Origin: Ferruginibacter sp. | Lineage (GTDB): Bacteria > Bacteroidota > Bacteroidia > Chitinophagales > Chitinophagaceae | Direction of reading: 5' to 3' | NCBI GenBank assembly: GCA_044222465.1 | Contig: JBGANE010000007.1 | Span: 14,664-78,663, forward strand | DNA length: 64,000 bases | Part shown: positions 30,876 through 40,558 of the stretch, one piece after another | Layout: the number at the start of each line of letters is the position of its first letter | How positions within the stretch are numbered: the first letter of the stretch is position 1 | Made by a program: the position numbers and the translations under genes | The notes under the pieces: generated by a model | What the model was told of the DNA's origin: nothing | Databases searched by the model: none | The model's input: only the letters and a program-made list of their open reading frames with translations

Positions 30876-31475
30876 ATGTCATTTCCACCAAGACCCCGGG
30901 GTACGTTTAACCCCCGTTTTAAAAAAGAACAACAACAGGAACACCGTACCAACCATATGATAAGAGTACCTGAGGTACGATTGGTTGGTGATAATGTAGA
31001 AACCGGTATTTATAGCTTTTCAGATGCACTGAAAATTGCACAATCACTTGAACTTGATCTGGTAGAAATCTCTCCGGGGGCCAAGCCACCGGTTTGCAAG
31101 ATCATTGACTATAATAAGTTTTTGTACGATGAGAAGAAGAAGAAGAAAGAAATGAAGGCTAAATCGAAGACAAGTGAGGTTAAAGAGATCCGGTTTACAC
31201 CCAATACAGATGATCACGATTTTGAATTTAAAGTAAAACACGCCGAAAAATTTTTAGGCGATGGAGATAAAGTAAAGGCACACGTACAATTTAAAGGCCG
31301 TGCCATCATGTTTAAAGAAAGGGGCGAATTGTTATTACTGAAATTTGCCGATAGGTTGAAAGATGTTGGCGCCCTGGAAGGGCTACCTAAAATGGAAGGG
31401 AAGCGGATGCTGGTGATGTTTGCACCCAAGGCCAAACTTTCAAAAAGAAAGCAACAGGCGGCTGATAAACTTTAA
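30876..31475 (+). CDS. infC: Translation initiation factor IF-3
   Basis: [39 protein letters not shown]. Confidence 0.97.
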   Translation: MSFPPRPRGTFNPRFKKEQQQEHRTNHMIRVPEVRLVGDNVETGIYSFSDALKIAQSLELDLVEISPGAKPPVCKIIDYNKFLYDEKKKKKEMKAKSKTSEVKEIRFTPNTDDHDFEFKVKHAEKFLGDGDKVKAHVQFKGRAIMFKERGELLLLKFADRLKDVGALEGLPKMEGKRMLVMFAPKAKLSKRKQQAADKL

Positions 31476-31497
31476 TGAAGAGCAAAAAAATTAAAAT

Positions 31498-31522
31498 GGG
31501 GAAGTTATAGCTTCCCTTTTTT
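31498..31522 (+). terminator. Intrinsic terminator after infC
   Basis: GGGAAG-TTATAG-CTTCCC-T6. Confidence 0.75.
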
Positions 31523-31546
31523 ATTTTTACAATTGCTGTAATAAAT

Positions 31547-32284
31547 ATGGATATTAGTTTGAACAAATACATTAGTGAAACGGGTTTTTGCTCCCGCAGG
31601 GAAGCCGATAAATATATAGAACAACTCAGGGTTACTATCAATGGGGTGGAAGCTTTGAAGGGTAACCGGGTCAGAGAAGGAGATGTTGTATTGGTAGACG
31701 GTGAGCCCATTAAAAAAAAGAAAGCAACTGTTTACCTGGCGCTCAATAAACCCAAGGGCATTACCTGTACCACCGACCTGAAAGACAAGACCAACATCAT
31801 TGATTATGTAAATTTCAAATCGAGGATATTTCCCATTGGCCGGTTAGATAAAAGAAGCGAGGGGTTGATATTCCTCACCAACGACGGAGATATTGTAAAT
31901 AAAATACTCCGGGCCGGTAACCGGCACGAGAAAGAATATATTGTTTCTGTGGATAAGCCAATAACCCCAGATTTTATCCAGAAAATGCGAAATGGGGTAC
32001 GCATTTTGGGAACTGTAACGCAAAAATGTTTTGTAAAGCAGGAGGGCACGGACCGGTTCAGGATAATACTCACACAAGGCCTTAACCGGCAGATACGCCG
32101 CATGTGTGAAGTGCTTGGATATAATGTTGAAAGCCTGAAACGTATCAGAATTATGAATATAACCCTGGCAGGGCTGCCATCTGGGAAATGGAGATATTTT
32201 ACAGCAGCTGAAGTTGAAATCATCAGTGAAATGCTTAAAAACTCCAGTAAAACAGCTGAAGGGAATGAGGGGATGGATGAATAG
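31547..32284 (+). CDS. rluF: 23S rRNA pseudouridine(2604) synthase RluF (RsuA family)
   Basis: S4 domain [46 protein letters not shown]. Confidence 0.93.
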   Translation: MDISLNKYISETGFCSRREADKYIEQLRVTINGVEALKGNRVREGDVVLVDGEPIKKKKATVYLALNKPKGITCTTDLKDKTNIIDYVNFKSRIFPIGRLDKRSEGLIFLTNDGDIVNKILRAGNRHEKEYIVSVDKPITPDFIQKMRNGVRILGTVTQKCFVKQEGTDRFRIILTQGLNRQIRRMCEVLGYNVESLKRIRIMNITLAGLPSGKWRYFTAAEVEIISEMLKNSSKTAEGNEGMDE

Positions 32285-32302
32285 CTGTCAAATAGCGATA
32301 TA

Positions 32303-32353
32303 ATAGTACAAGAGCCTGCCTGCCGGTAGGCAAGTGCGACGCAACAGTACTAT
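32303..32353. repeat. Composite miniature repeat: 7-bp terminal IR enclosing AGTACAAGAG[CCTGCCTGCCGGTAGGCAAG]TGCGACGCAAC
   Basis: ATAGTAC 32303-32309 / GTACTAT 32347-32353; internal GC palindrome 32315-32334. Confidence 0.65.
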
Positions 32354-32419
32354 ACCAGGGTACCGAAGACTAGCCCAAAAAAGTTCTCTCAAATTGGCCC
32401 AATTTTGCCTGTTTCCCCT

Positions 32420-32427
32420 TATCTTTG
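32420..32427 (+). promoter_or_regulatory. -7 promoter box TATCTTTG for rpmI-rplT
   Basis: TAnnTTTG about 100 nt upstream of rpmI. Confidence 0.7.
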
Positions 32428-32530
32428 CGGCCCGAAAAAGAACAGTTCTTTTTCAGACATTTCCCACAAGGCTCAACAAGTGTCTATCCGTTTAGACCGC
32501 CAGTAGGGAGTAACTCAAAACAGTTATGTA

Positions 32531-32728
32531 ATGCCAAAGGTTAAAACCAACAGCAGCGCCAAGAAGCGCTTTAAAGTTACCGGTACAGGTAAGATCACTT
32601 TCCAAAAAGCTTTTAAACGTCACATCTTAACCAAAAAATCTACAAAGCGCAAGCGTGCCATGCGTAAAGATGGTGTGGTTAGCGACGCTAATATGCATTT
32701 TGTAAGAAGGTTATTGGGACTTAAATAA
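32531..32728 (+). CDS. rpmI: 50S ribosomal protein L35
   Basis: [21 protein letters not shown]...HILTKKS. Confidence 0.97.
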   Translation: MPKVKTNSSAKKRFKVTGTGKITFQKAFKRHILTKKSTKRKRAMRKDGVVSDANMHFVRRLLGLK

Positions 32729-32777
32729 GCAACCATTAACCTCATTTTTCAACTTTTAACTTTAAACTTTTTAAGAT

Positions 32778-33122
32778 ATGCCACGTTCAGTAAATGCAGT
32801 AGCCAGCAGGGCCCGCCGCAAAAGAATATTAAAAGCCGCCAAAGGATATTTTGGTAAGCGTAAAAATGTGTACACCGTTGCCAAAAACGTAATGGAAAAA
32901 GGGTTAACGTACAGCTACGTTGGCCGTAAAAATAAAAAGCGTGAATACCGCACTTTGTGGATTGCACGTATCAACGCCGCTGTAAGGGCCGAAGGAATGA
33001 CTTATAGTGAATTCATTAATAAACTTACAGTAAAGAAGATCGACCTTAACCGCAAAGTGTTGGCCGATCTGGCGATGAATGAACCAGAAACATTTAAAAA
33101 ACTGGTTGAGTCAGTAAAATAA
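32778..33122 (+). CDS. rplT: 50S ribosomal protein L20
   Basis: [41 protein letters not shown]. Confidence 0.98.
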   Translation: MPRSVNAVASRARRKRILKAAKGYFGKRKNVYTVAKNVMEKGLTYSYVGRKNKKREYRTLWIARINAAVRAEGMTYSEFINKLTVKKIDLNRKVLADLAMNEPETFKKLVESVK

Positions 33123-33144
33123 ATCTGGAAGTAAATAACAGACG

Positions 33145-33173
33145 GCCGGGGTGATATTCACCCCGGTTTTTTT
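33145..33173 (+). terminator. Intrinsic terminator after rplT
   Basis: CCGGGGTGA-TAT-TCACCCCGG-T7. Confidence 0.88.
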
Positions 33174-33244
33174 ATGCCCGAAATTTCAGTATTCTGTTAC
33201 ATTTGTAAAAAATATTCTCTCATCTCAATTAAGCAGAACAGTAA

Positions 33245-34642
33245 ATGGATAATACCTACAACGACCTGGTGCAGCAAACCTTTAACTTCCCCCAGGAAGA
33301 TTTTAAAGTTAAGAATGACTATTTACAATATAACGATCTTGACATTAAGGCCCTGATTGATAAACATGGCACTCCATTAAAACTCACCTACCTGCCTAAG
33401 ATCGGGATGCAGATCAATAAGGCAAAGAAAATGTTTGCCGTAGCTTTTAAGAAGCATAAATATGAAGGAGCATATAATTATTGTTACTGCACCAAGAGTT
33501 CGCATTTTTCTTTTATTGTTGAAGAGGCGCTAAAAAATGAAATTCACCTGGAGACCTCCTATGCCTATGATATTGATATTGTAAAAAAACTATACGCTAA
33601 GAGAAAGATCACCAAAGAAACTTTTATCATTTGCAACGGGTATAAGCAAAAACCTTATACTAACAGGATCGCCGGGCTTTTGAACAGCGGGTTTAAAAAT
33701 GTGATCCCTATCCTGGACAATGTGGATGAACTGCGTGCATATATCAAATCGGTTAAAGTTCCTTTTAACCTGGGTATTCGGGTGGCTGCTGATGAAGAGC
33801 CTAACTTCCCCTTTTATACTTCAAGGCTGGGTATCCGTGCAAAAGATATACTGGAATTTTATGTAGATAAGATTGAAGGAAATGAACACCGCTTCCAGTT
33901 GAAGATGCTCCACATCTTTTTAAACAAAGGCATTAAAGACGATATTTATTACTGGAGTGAACTGAACAAAGTAATTAACCTGTATTGTCAGTTAAAAAAG
34001 ATTTGTCCCGAACTGGATTCCATAAATATTGGCGGAGGTTTTCCCATTAAACATTCGCTCGGGTTCGAGTACGATTACCAGTTTATGATTAATGAGATCG
34101 TACGCAATATAAAACTGGCCTGCAAACGAAGCAAGGTTCCCATGCCGAATATCTTTACAGAGTTTGGAAGCTACACCGTAGGAGAGAGCATGGCTCATAT
34201 TTACAGTGTGATTGGCCAGAAGATGCAGAATGATAAAGAAACCTGGTACATGATCGATTCTTCTTTTATAACTACATTACCCGATACCTGGGGTATTGGT
34301 GAAAAATTCCTGATGTTGCCCATCAATAAATGGGATAACGAGTATCACCGGGTGGTTTTGGGTGGAATAACCTGCGATAGCCACGACTATTACGATAGTG
34401 AGGAGCATATTAATGAAGTGTTTCTGCCCAAGCTCAATAATGGAGAGCCACTTTATATCGGCTTCTTTCATACGGGAGCTTACCAGGACCAGATCAGCGG
34501 ATATGGCGGTATTAAGCATTGCCTTATCCCTTCGCCCAAGCACATTATTGTTGGACATGATAAAAATGGGAAACTAACCGACTGGGTTTATGCAAAAGAA
34601 CAAACAGCCCAAAGCATGTTAAAGATACTCGGATACAAATAA
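33245..34642 (+). CDS. speA: Arginine decarboxylase (short Bacteroidota type, PLP fold III)
   Basis: YCYCTKSSH, ICNGYK, YTSRLG, INIGGGFP, FTEFGSYTVG, GGITCDSHD, GAYQDQISG; TACATTTG box at 33198-33205. Confidence 0.88.
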   Translation: MDNTYNDLVQQTFNFPQEDFKVKNDYLQYNDLDIKALIDKHGTPLKLTYLPKIGMQINKAKKMFAVAFKKHKYEGAYNYCYCTKSSHFSFIVEEALKNEIHLETSYAYDIDIVKKLYAKRKITKETFIICNGYKQKPYTNRIAGLLNSGFKNVIPILDNVDELRAYIKSVKVPFNLGIRVAADEEPNFPFYTSRLGIRAKDILEFYVDKIEGNEHRFQLKMLHIFLNKGIKDDIYYWSELNKVINLYCQLKKICPELDSINIGGGFPIKHSLGFEYDYQFMINEIVRNIKLACKRSKVPMPNIFTEFGSYTVGESMAHIYSVIGQKMQNDKETWYMIDSSFITTLPDTWGIGEKFLMLPINKWDNEYHRVVLGGITCDSHDYYDSEEHINEVFLPKLNNGEPLYIGFFHTGAYQDQISGYGGIKHCLIPSPKHIIVGHDKNGKLTDWVYAKEQTAQSMLKILGYK

Positions 34643-34656
34643 AAAATTTATAAGCC

Positions 34657-35109
34657 ATGAAATATTATGTAATTATCCTTTTAGCGGTATGTCTTTCGTT
34701 TACAGCCAATGCACAAACTGCAGAAGATTCGGTTAAAGCAGTTGTGAACAATCTTTTTACAGGGATGAAAAATGCCGATGCTGTTTTGCTTAAATCAACT
34801 TTTGCGGACAGTGCAATACTTCAAACCATTACCAGGAATAAAGAGGGTAAGACGATTATTCAAACGGAGGAAGTTGCCGGCTTTGTTGAACAGGTAAGTA
34901 AGATGCCAAAAGACGCAGCGGATGAAAGAATTACTTTTGATGTATTAAGGATAGATGGCCCATTGGCCATTGTATGGACGCCCTACAAGTTTTATTTCAA
35001 CGGCAAGTTCAGTCATTGCGGAGTAAATTCTTTTCAATTGGTAAGAATAAACGGCAACTGGAAAATTCAATACCTGATAGATACCAGGCGCAGGGCAGGT
35101 TGCGAATAA
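34657..35109 (+). CDS. NTF2-like / lumazine-binding family exported protein
   Basis: Signal peptide; AIVWTPYKFYFNGKFSHCGVNSFQL...WKIQYLIDTRR. Confidence 0.85.
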   Translation: MKYYVIILLAVCLSFTANAQTAEDSVKAVVNNLFTGMKNADAVLLKSTFADSAILQTITRNKEGKTIIQTEEVAGFVEQVSKMPKDAADERITFDVLRIDGPLAIVWTPYKFYFNGKFSHCGVNSFQLVRINGNWKIQYLIDTRRRAGCE

Positions 35110-35139
35110 AAAAAGCCTTCCCAAGACTGGGAAAGCTTT
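35108..35139. terminator. Intrinsic terminator between convergent genes
   Basis: A7-GCCTTCCCA-AGAC-TGGGAAAGCTTT. Confidence 0.75.
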
Positions 35140-35199
35140 CGCCACTTATTTTACTTGTGGCACAAACCAACTGTATACTCATTATGAAAAAACTACTGC

Positions 35200-35640
35200 T
35201 TACTGAATCGTAATTTCTTTAGCGCCACTCTTTACTTCTTCTTTTTTAGGAAGATCCAGTTTTAAGATACCATTTTCATACTTTGCGGTAATGTTTGCTG
35301 CATCGATCTTATCATCAACAGTAAAACTGCGTTTAAAAGATCTGTAACTGAATTCTTTCCGGATCATTTTTTCGGCCTCCGTACTTTTTTCTTCCTTTTT
35401 TTCTGTGCTGATGGTTAAAACTTTACCATCTAATTTTACATTGAAATCTGCTTTCTCCATTCCTGGTGCAGCCAATTCAATGTGATAGAGATCATTTTTT
35501 TCAATGATGTTCACTGGAGGGAAATGCAATACATCTTCCCTCATTGCCTTACCAAAAGTTGCTGGCAACTCATTGAATAGTTCGTTCATTAATCCATCAA
35601 AGGATTTGTTGATTGGGTTGTTAACTTTTACGAGTGTCAT
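35200..35640 (-). CDS. Hsp20/alpha-crystallin small heat-shock protein
   Basis: PPVNIIE, AAPGMEK, SFKRSFT, AKYENGILKLDLPK. Confidence 0.95.
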   Translation of the reverse strand: MTLVKVNNPINKSFDGLMNELFNELPATFGKAMREDVLHFPPVNIIEKNDLYHIELAAPGMEKADFNVKLDGKVLTISTEKKEEKSTEAEKMIRKEFSYRSFKRSFTVDDKIDAANITAKYENGILKLDLPKKEEVKSGAKEITIQ

Positions 35641-35890
35641 AGCTATTATTTTTTAGGTTTTAATTTTTTTTGACCATACGATCAATACGGCAAATGGTAT
35701 TCCAACCCGTTTTTTGCGACAATATTTCAAATTTTAAAATAGTTTGGGGCCATTCTGACTGCTATGCTGAGTTCTAAATGTCATAATTTCCGTTCAGCCC
35801 AATTTCGATATCGGGAAATGTATCAGCCGGTTAAAGGTTATTAAGAAGAACTGCTTAATTTTGTGGCACATTAAAAAATTAAACCGAATT

Positions 35891-36307
35891 ATGTATCCAG
35901 AAGAAATTGTAATCCCGATGAAAGAGGAGTTAACGGAGAATGGTTTTTCCGAATTACTGACTGCCGAGGCGGTAGAAAAAACCCTTGCTGAAAAAGGCAC
36001 TACACTGGTAATGATAAATTCAGTTTGTGGCTGCAGCGCAGGAACTGCCCGCCCGGGTGTTCTGCTGGCTGTTTCTAATACTTCAAAAAAGCCGGATCAT
36101 ATGACAACCAGCTTTGCCGGTTTTGATATTGAAGCCGTTAAGAAATTAAGAGAGCACCTGATGCCTTATCCTCCATCTTCACCGGCAATTGCACTGTTTA
36201 AAGATGGTAAACTGGTCCACTTTATTGAACGCCATAATATAGAAGGCAGAAGCGCCCAGATGATCGCTCAAAACCTGATGGGGGCTTTTGAACAATACTG
36301 CAATTAA
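35891..36307 (+). CDS. BrxA/BrxB family bacilliredoxin
   Basis: MYPEEIV.PM..EL, NSVCGCSAG.ARPG (CGC motif), PSSPAIALFKDG; ATG at 35891. Confidence 0.92.
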   Translation: MYPEEIVIPMKEELTENGFSELLTAEAVEKTLAEKGTTLVMINSVCGCSAGTARPGVLLAVSNTSKKPDHMTTSFAGFDIEAVKKLREHLMPYPPSSPAIALFKDGKLVHFIERHNIEGRSAQMIAQNLMGAFEQYCN

Positions 36308-36340
36308 TTGTATCCCGTAAAATTCCGGTTAACTAATATG

Positions 36341-36367
36341 AACCTCCTGTTGCAAGCAGGAGGTTTT
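36341..36367 (+). terminator. Intrinsic terminator
   Basis: AACCTCCTG-TTGCAAG-CAGGAGGTT-TT. Confidence 0.75.
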
Positions 36368-36433
36368 CTATTACCACTGCGTTGAATTATTGAATATATT
36401 GCAGTCCAATTTTAAAAAAAAATCAGCTAACCG

Positions 36434-37771
36434 ATGTATCCCAATTTATATTACGTTTTCAAAGACTTGTTTGGAGTGGAATGGAATGCATTAAGTTTTT
36501 TGAACACATTCGGTTTGATGGTTGCTATGGGCTTTGTAACTGCAGCCATTGTTTTAAGCAAAGAATTACAGCGAAAAGAAAAGCAAGGTCTGTTATCTCC
36601 CCGGGAAGAAATGATAATTGTAGGCAAACCTGCTTCGGTTGGCGACCTTATCATTAATGCATTGGTAGGGTTTATTTTTGGGTTCAAAATATTCGGGCTC
36701 TTCTTCAGTAAACCAGCGGATGTTAACCCACAGGATTATATATTTTCCGGTGATGGCAATATTTTAGGCGGACTCTTGCTCGGCGGGTTATTAGCCTGGT
36801 TAAAATGGTGGGATAAGAACAAACAAAAACTGAAAGAACCCGAAAGGCGCAATGTTCGTATCTGGCCGCACGACAGGGTAGGAGATATTATCATACTTGG
36901 ATTGATCTTTGGTATCCTTGGTGCAAAATTGTTTGATAACCTTGAAAACTGGAGTGAGTTCATTAAGGATCCTATCGGAAGAATTTTTTCTGCAAGTGGA
37001 TTAACTTTTTATGGTGGATTGATCATGGCAGCAATTGCTATCTGCTGGTACGCTTCAAAAAAAGGAATAAAAGTTATACACCTCGTTGATGCCGCAGGAC
37101 TGGCACTATTGCTTGCTTATGCTGTCGGTCGTATTGGATGCCAGATTTCAGGGGATGGAGACTGGGGCGTTTTCAACAGTGCTTACATAACTGATGAAAA
37201 TGGCAAAGTGATTTTGGCTAAACCCGGCGATTATGAAAAAGCCCTTGAAAAAAATGCTACTTATTATCTTAGTGGTAGTGTTATTGAAAAGGTTAATCAA
37301 AACCAGGATAGTATTGTGTTTGTAACCGACCGTAAATACGAAAGCCTGGATAAAGTACCTCACAGGTCATTTAAAGCCCCCTCTTTTTTGCCGGTATGGA
37401 TGGTTGCATATACATATCCCCAAAATGTAAATAAAGACGGAGTGAAGATTTCTGGCTGTAGTGATGAACATTGCAGGGCATTACCCTTACCTGTTTTTCC
37501 AACTCCATTTTACGAAACTATTGCCTGCACTTTGCTCTTTATTGTGCTTTGGGCCATTCGTAAGCGAATTACAGTGCCCGGTGTAATGTTTGGGATATAC
37601 CTTATTGTAAATGGAGTGGAACGGTTTGCAGTGGAACTGATCCGGGTAAATAATACCTACCCTATATTTGGGTTTCACCCCACGCAGGCTGAAATTATCT
37701 CTACAGGACTCGTTCTGGCAGGCATTATCCTTATAATTATAGTCAAGAGGCGGGCTTCGCTTGATAAGTAA
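36434..37771 (+). CDS. lgt: Prolipoprotein diacylglyceryl transferase
   Basis: GLTFYGG, YAVGRIGC..SGDGDWG, PTPFYE, RFAVELIR, QAEIIS. Confidence 0.92.
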   Translation: MYPNLYYVFKDLFGVEWNALSFLNTFGLMVAMGFVTAAIVLSKELQRKEKQGLLSPREEMIIVGKPASVGDLIINALVGFIFGFKIFGLFFSKPADVNPQDYIFSGDGNILGGLLLGGLLAWLKWWDKNKQKLKEPERRNVRIWPHDRVGDIIILGLIFGILGAKLFDNLENWSEFIKDPIGRIFSASGLTFYGGLIMAAIAICWYASKKGIKVIHLVDAAGLALLLAYAVGRIGCQISGDGDWGVFNSAYITDENGKVILAKPGDYEKALEKNATYYLSGSVIEKVNQNQDSIVFVTDRKYESLDKVPHRSFKAPSFLPVWMVAYTYPQNVNKDGVKISGCSDEHCRALPLPVFPTPFYETIACTLLFIVLWAIRKRITVPGVMFGIYLIVNGVERFAVELIRVNNTYPIFGFHPTQAEIISTGLVLAGIILIIIVKRRASLDK

Positions 37772-37978
37772 GCTCCATTCCTGGTAGATTCTCCTCTTAA
37801 AATCAGGTTGTAACCTTTGGTTTTTTTCTGCGTATATAAGGATATTGCCAATTATCCTTAAAATTTGCCGCCCAGTATAAAACAATGTACTATGTAAAAC
37901 AAAGTACCTACTTTTGTGAAGTAGTTATTAAAGTATAGAACTACAGATTTTATAGCCAAAAAAACAAAAAGTATAGCC

Positions 37979-40465
37979 ATGAAACAATTTTTCAGCCTGC
38001 TGGCTGCTATGAGCATCGCCGTATGCAGTTATGCCCAAACCGGGGGCAAAGTAACCGGAAGTATTAAAGATGGAGGCAATCAGAAGATCATTGATGCCGC
38101 CTCTGTTTCACTCCTGAGAGCAAAGGACTCCAGCCTTGTAAAAGTTGCGGTAACCGATAAGGACGGTAACTTCTCCTTCGAAAATGTAAAAGACGGTAAT
38201 TATTTAGTGCTGGCAACATCTGTTGGGCACTCAAAGAGTTACAGCAGTCAATTTTCAATTGGTGCAGATAAATTATCTGCACAGGTTGGTGTTCTGCAAC
38301 TGATTCCTTCTGAAAAGGCTTTAAAAGAAGTATCAGTAACCGCCAAGAAACCACTAATTGAAAGGAAGCTCGACCGTACCATTGTTAATGTGGAGGCTTC
38401 TATTACCAGCGCAGGTAACACTGCCCTGGAAGTATTGGAAAAAGCGCCTGGTGTTTCTGTTGATAAAGATGGAAATATCAGCCTTAAAGGAAAGTCGGGT
38501 GTGATTATTTATCTTGATGGACGTCCCAGTTACTTAAGCGGACCAGACCTGGCCAACATGTTGCGTAACATGACTGCTGCTCAACTGGATCAAATTGAGA
38601 TCATGACCAATCCTCCTGCAAAATATGATGCAGCAGGTAATGCAGGAGTGATCAATATCAAAACAAAAAAGAACAAACAGTTTGGATACAATGGAAGCAT
38701 AACTACTGGTTACACACAAGGCAGGTATGCCCGTTTTAATGAGTCTGTTAGCTTCAATTACCGTACAAAAAAGGTAAACTTCTTTTCAAATTTTAATTAC
38801 AACAGGAACCACAGGGGAGAAGACCTTTATATTACACGTAACTTCCGTGAAGCATCCACTAAAGAAATAAAATCGATATTCGATCAAAGATCTTCTATGG
38901 AAAATCAACGTCATTATTATAATGCCAAGATTGGCGCCGACTTTACCCTCTCTAAGAAAACAACCCTGGGTGTGGTATTGAATGGATATTATAATCCAAG
39001 CAAATGGCAGAGTTCAACAAATACTTCTATTTACGATCCAAATTATGTGCTGACAAGTAAAACAGCAGCTTTCACAGAGAATAAAGAGAAATGGAAAAAT
39101 TTCAGCAGTAACGTGAATTTCCGCACTGTTTTAGATTCAGCAGGACAAGAGATCACGGGTGACCTGGATTTTATTCAATACAAATCAACCAGTGCGCAGC
39201 CATTAACAAGCTCATACTTTGATAACATGGGTAACCCTACACAGTCTCCAGATTTGTTAAATGGTACATTGCCATCAAATATCAAGATATACAGCGGTAA
39301 GGTTGACTACACACTTCCATTGAAGAAGGGAGCAAAGTTTGAAGCCGGGATCAAATCAAGCTATGTAAAAACGGATAATGATGCCAGGTACGACAGCGTA
39401 AAAGCAGGATATTCGGTTTTAGACAGTGGACGCAGCAATCATTTCATTTATGATGAAAATATCAATGCTGCTTACGTGAACTATAGCAGGCCATTGGGAA
39501 AAAAATGGAGTGCACAACTTGGTTTACGTTTAGAGAATACAAATGCTAACGGAATTTCAAAAGGATACACGTATAATACAGTAAGCAATAAGTTTGAATA
39601 TACAGAAACTAAATTCAAAAGATCTTATTCACAGTTGTTTCCTACAGTTTACCTGCAGTACAGCGCCAACGAAAAAAATCAGTTCGTTATTAATTATGGC
39701 CGCAGAATTGAAAGACCCGATTACGAGGATATGAACCCATTCGTTCACTTTCTTGACAGGTACACTTTTGAACAGGGTAATCCAAACTTAAGCGCCCAAT
39801 TTGCCCATAATGTTGAACTGAGCCATACTTACAAAGGATTTCTTACAACAACTGTAAATTATTCCAGCACCAATAATATTATTCAGCAGGTGCTTGAACA
39901 AAATGATATAACCAATGAAACCTTTATCAAAAAAGCTAATATCGCAAAGAGGGAGCAATTTGGCTTAGCTGTAAGTGCAAACAAATCTATCACCAAATGG
40001 TGGACTGCCAACATCTATGCTAATGTGTATAACAACCACTTTACAGGAAAGGTTAATAACGATGATATTTCGATAGGTGTAACCACCTTTATGACACAGG
40101 TTCAGCAGCAATTTAAATTTGGAAAAGGCTGGGGAGCTGAGTTGAGTGGTTTTTACAGGGGTAAGGGCCTGGAAGGTGTGATCTACATTAAACCAATTGT
40201 TCAGGTTAATGCAGGCTTCAGCAAACAGGTATTAAAAAATAAAGGTACTGTACGCTTGAATGTACGTGACATTTTTGCTGGTGGTGTGTTTAAAGGTTAC
40301 AGCAAGTACGGGACAGTAGATGCAAACTTTAAAGATGTAAACGATAGCCGTGCTGTAAGTCTTTCTTTCACTTACCGTTTTAATAAGGGTAAACTTAAAG
40401 CAACCAGCAGCAGGAGAACCAGTGGCGCAAGTGATGAACAAAACCGGGTTAAAAGCGGAAACTAA
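37979..40465 (+). CDS. TonB-dependent receptor-like outer-membrane beta-barrel protein
   Basis: CarboxypepD-like N-domain, VLEKAPGV, IEIMTNPPAKYDAAG, GNPNL, SFTYRF; TACTTTTG box at 37909-37916. Confidence 0.9.
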   Translation: MKQFFSLLAAMSIAVCSYAQTGGKVTGSIKDGGNQKIIDAASVSLLRAKDSSLVKVAVTDKDGNFSFENVKDGNYLVLATSVGHSKSYSSQFSIGADKLSAQVGVLQLIPSEKALKEVSVTAKKPLIERKLDRTIVNVEASITSAGNTALEVLEKAPGVSVDKDGNISLKGKSGVIIYLDGRPSYLSGPDLANMLRNMTAAQLDQIEIMTNPPAKYDAAGNAGVINIKTKKNKQFGYNGSITTGYTQGRYARFNESVSFNYRTKKVNFFSNFNYNRNHRGEDLYITRNFREASTKEIKSIFDQRSSMENQRHYYNAKIGADFTLSKKTTLGVVLNGYYNPSKWQSSTNTSIYDPNYVLTSKTAAFTENKEKWKNFSSNVNFRTVLDSAGQEITGDLDFIQYKSTSAQPLTSSYFDNMGNPTQSPDLLNGTLPSNIKIYSGKVDYTLPLKKGAKFEAGIKSSYVKTDNDARYDSVKAGYSVLDSGRSNHFIYDENINAAYVNYSRPLGKKWSAQLGLRLENTNANGISKGYTYNTVSNKFEYTETKFKRSYSQLFPTVYLQYSANEKNQFVINYGRRIERPDYEDMNPFVHFLDRYTFEQGNPNLSAQFAHNVELSHTYKGFLTTTVNYSSTNNIIQQVLEQNDITNETFIKKANIAKREQFGLAVSANKSITKWWTANIYANVYNNHFTGKVNNDDISIGVTTFMTQVQQQFKFGKGWGAELSGFYRGKGLEGVIYIKPIVQVNAGFSKQVLKNKGTVRLNVRDIFAGGVFKGYSKYGTVDANFKDVNDSRAVSLSFTYRFNKGKLKATSSRRTSGASDEQNRVKSGN

Positions 40466-40504
40466 GCAGTAGTTGGATAAATAAAAGGAAATGGTTCTTT
40501 TTGT

Positions 40505-40537
40505 AAAAACCTGTCGCTTTTGTGCGACGGGTTTTTT
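40505..40537 (+). terminator. Intrinsic terminator
   Basis: AAAAACCTGTCGC-TTTTGT-GCGACGGGTTTTTT. Confidence 0.8.
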
Positions 40538-40558
40538 ACTTTTGAGAAAAATACAGCT

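Noticed and set aside
35641-35890. CIRCE/HrcA operator upstream of Hsp20
   Set aside because: No TTAGCACTC-N9-GAGTGCTAA match.
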